Source: an uncultured delta proteobacterium
GTDB lineage: Bacteria; Myxococcota_A; Polyangia; Palsa-1104
Direction of reading: 5' to 3'
Assembly: GCA_963785725.1 (NCBI GenBank)
Contig: CAWAWS010000030.1
Coordinates: forward strand, 1-64,000
Length of the DNA: 64,000 nucleotides
The notes beneath the pieces were generated by a model. That model saw nothing but the letters and a program-made list of their open reading frames with translations. It did not search any database and was not told where the DNA came from. Positions 63,689-64,000 of the stretch are shown here, in pieces. Within the stretch, counting starts at the first letter, position 1. Every line of letters begins with the position of its first letter. A program made the position numbers and the translations under genes.

Positions 63689-64000
63689 TCAGTCGTTGTT
63701 GCTGCTGCCGGTGAAGTCGATGCTGCCGCCGGTGATTTGGCCGGCGAGCACGGTGAACGTCTCGCAGTCGAAGTCTTTGGCGTTGTCGTCGTCGTCGAAC
63801 GTCTGCGCGCAGATCATGGCGCCGCCGGCGTCGCTCGGGTCGAAGACGAAGCCGACGGTGCCGCCCGATACGAGCTGGTCCGACGTCAGCGACCAGGGCC
63901 CGAAGAGACGGCCGGTCGTCTCGGCGGCGCCGCTGACCTCGATGCGTTTGACGTTGCCGTCGTAGTCGATGGCGATGACGAGCCCGGTGACGGGCGGCGA
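63689..64000 (-). CDS. Hypothetical (probably exported) protein, partial (5' end beyond window)
   Basis: Open frame SPPVTGLVIAIDYDG...ICAQTFDDDDNAKDFDCETF...SSNND* ending at TGA 63689. Confidence 0.7.
   Translation of the reverse strand, partial: SPPVTGLVIAIDYDGNVKRIEVSGAAETTGRLFGPWSLTSDQLVSGGTVGFVFDPSDAGGAMICAQTFDDDDNAKDFDCETFTVLAGQITGGSIDFTGSSNND

Overview
High-GC bacterial chromosomal segment, very likely Myxococcota (Polyangia/Haliangiales-like by inference). Markers are a FrzS-like pseudo-receiver/coiled-coil protein, an MXAN_5187-C domain protein, myxobacterial-type lipoproteins, a vWA lipoprotein and a DUF2378-like protein. About 60 CDS are present. Housekeeping genes (ilvE, glnE, glmU, tsaB, rseP, hflX, ald, argJ, secA, queF, pssA, serA) are mixed with envelope genes. 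At the left end, a TonB-dependent receptor faces a TPR lipoprotein-ExbB-ExbD-ExbD motor with no TonB gene, followed by an exported M16 peptidase pair. An ald / ECF sigma / anti-sigma / frzS block carries a SigR-type autopromoter and two tiny inserted lipoproteins. Also present are a type IB topoisomerase, a B12 radical SAM enzyme, an orphan PAAR protein, a duplicated MITE-like element and several sigma54-type promoters. About ten small indels break conserved genes and are most likely long-read assembly errors. No rRNA, tRNA, CRISPR array, transposase or prophage was recognised. All product calls come from motif recognition by eye, without database searches.
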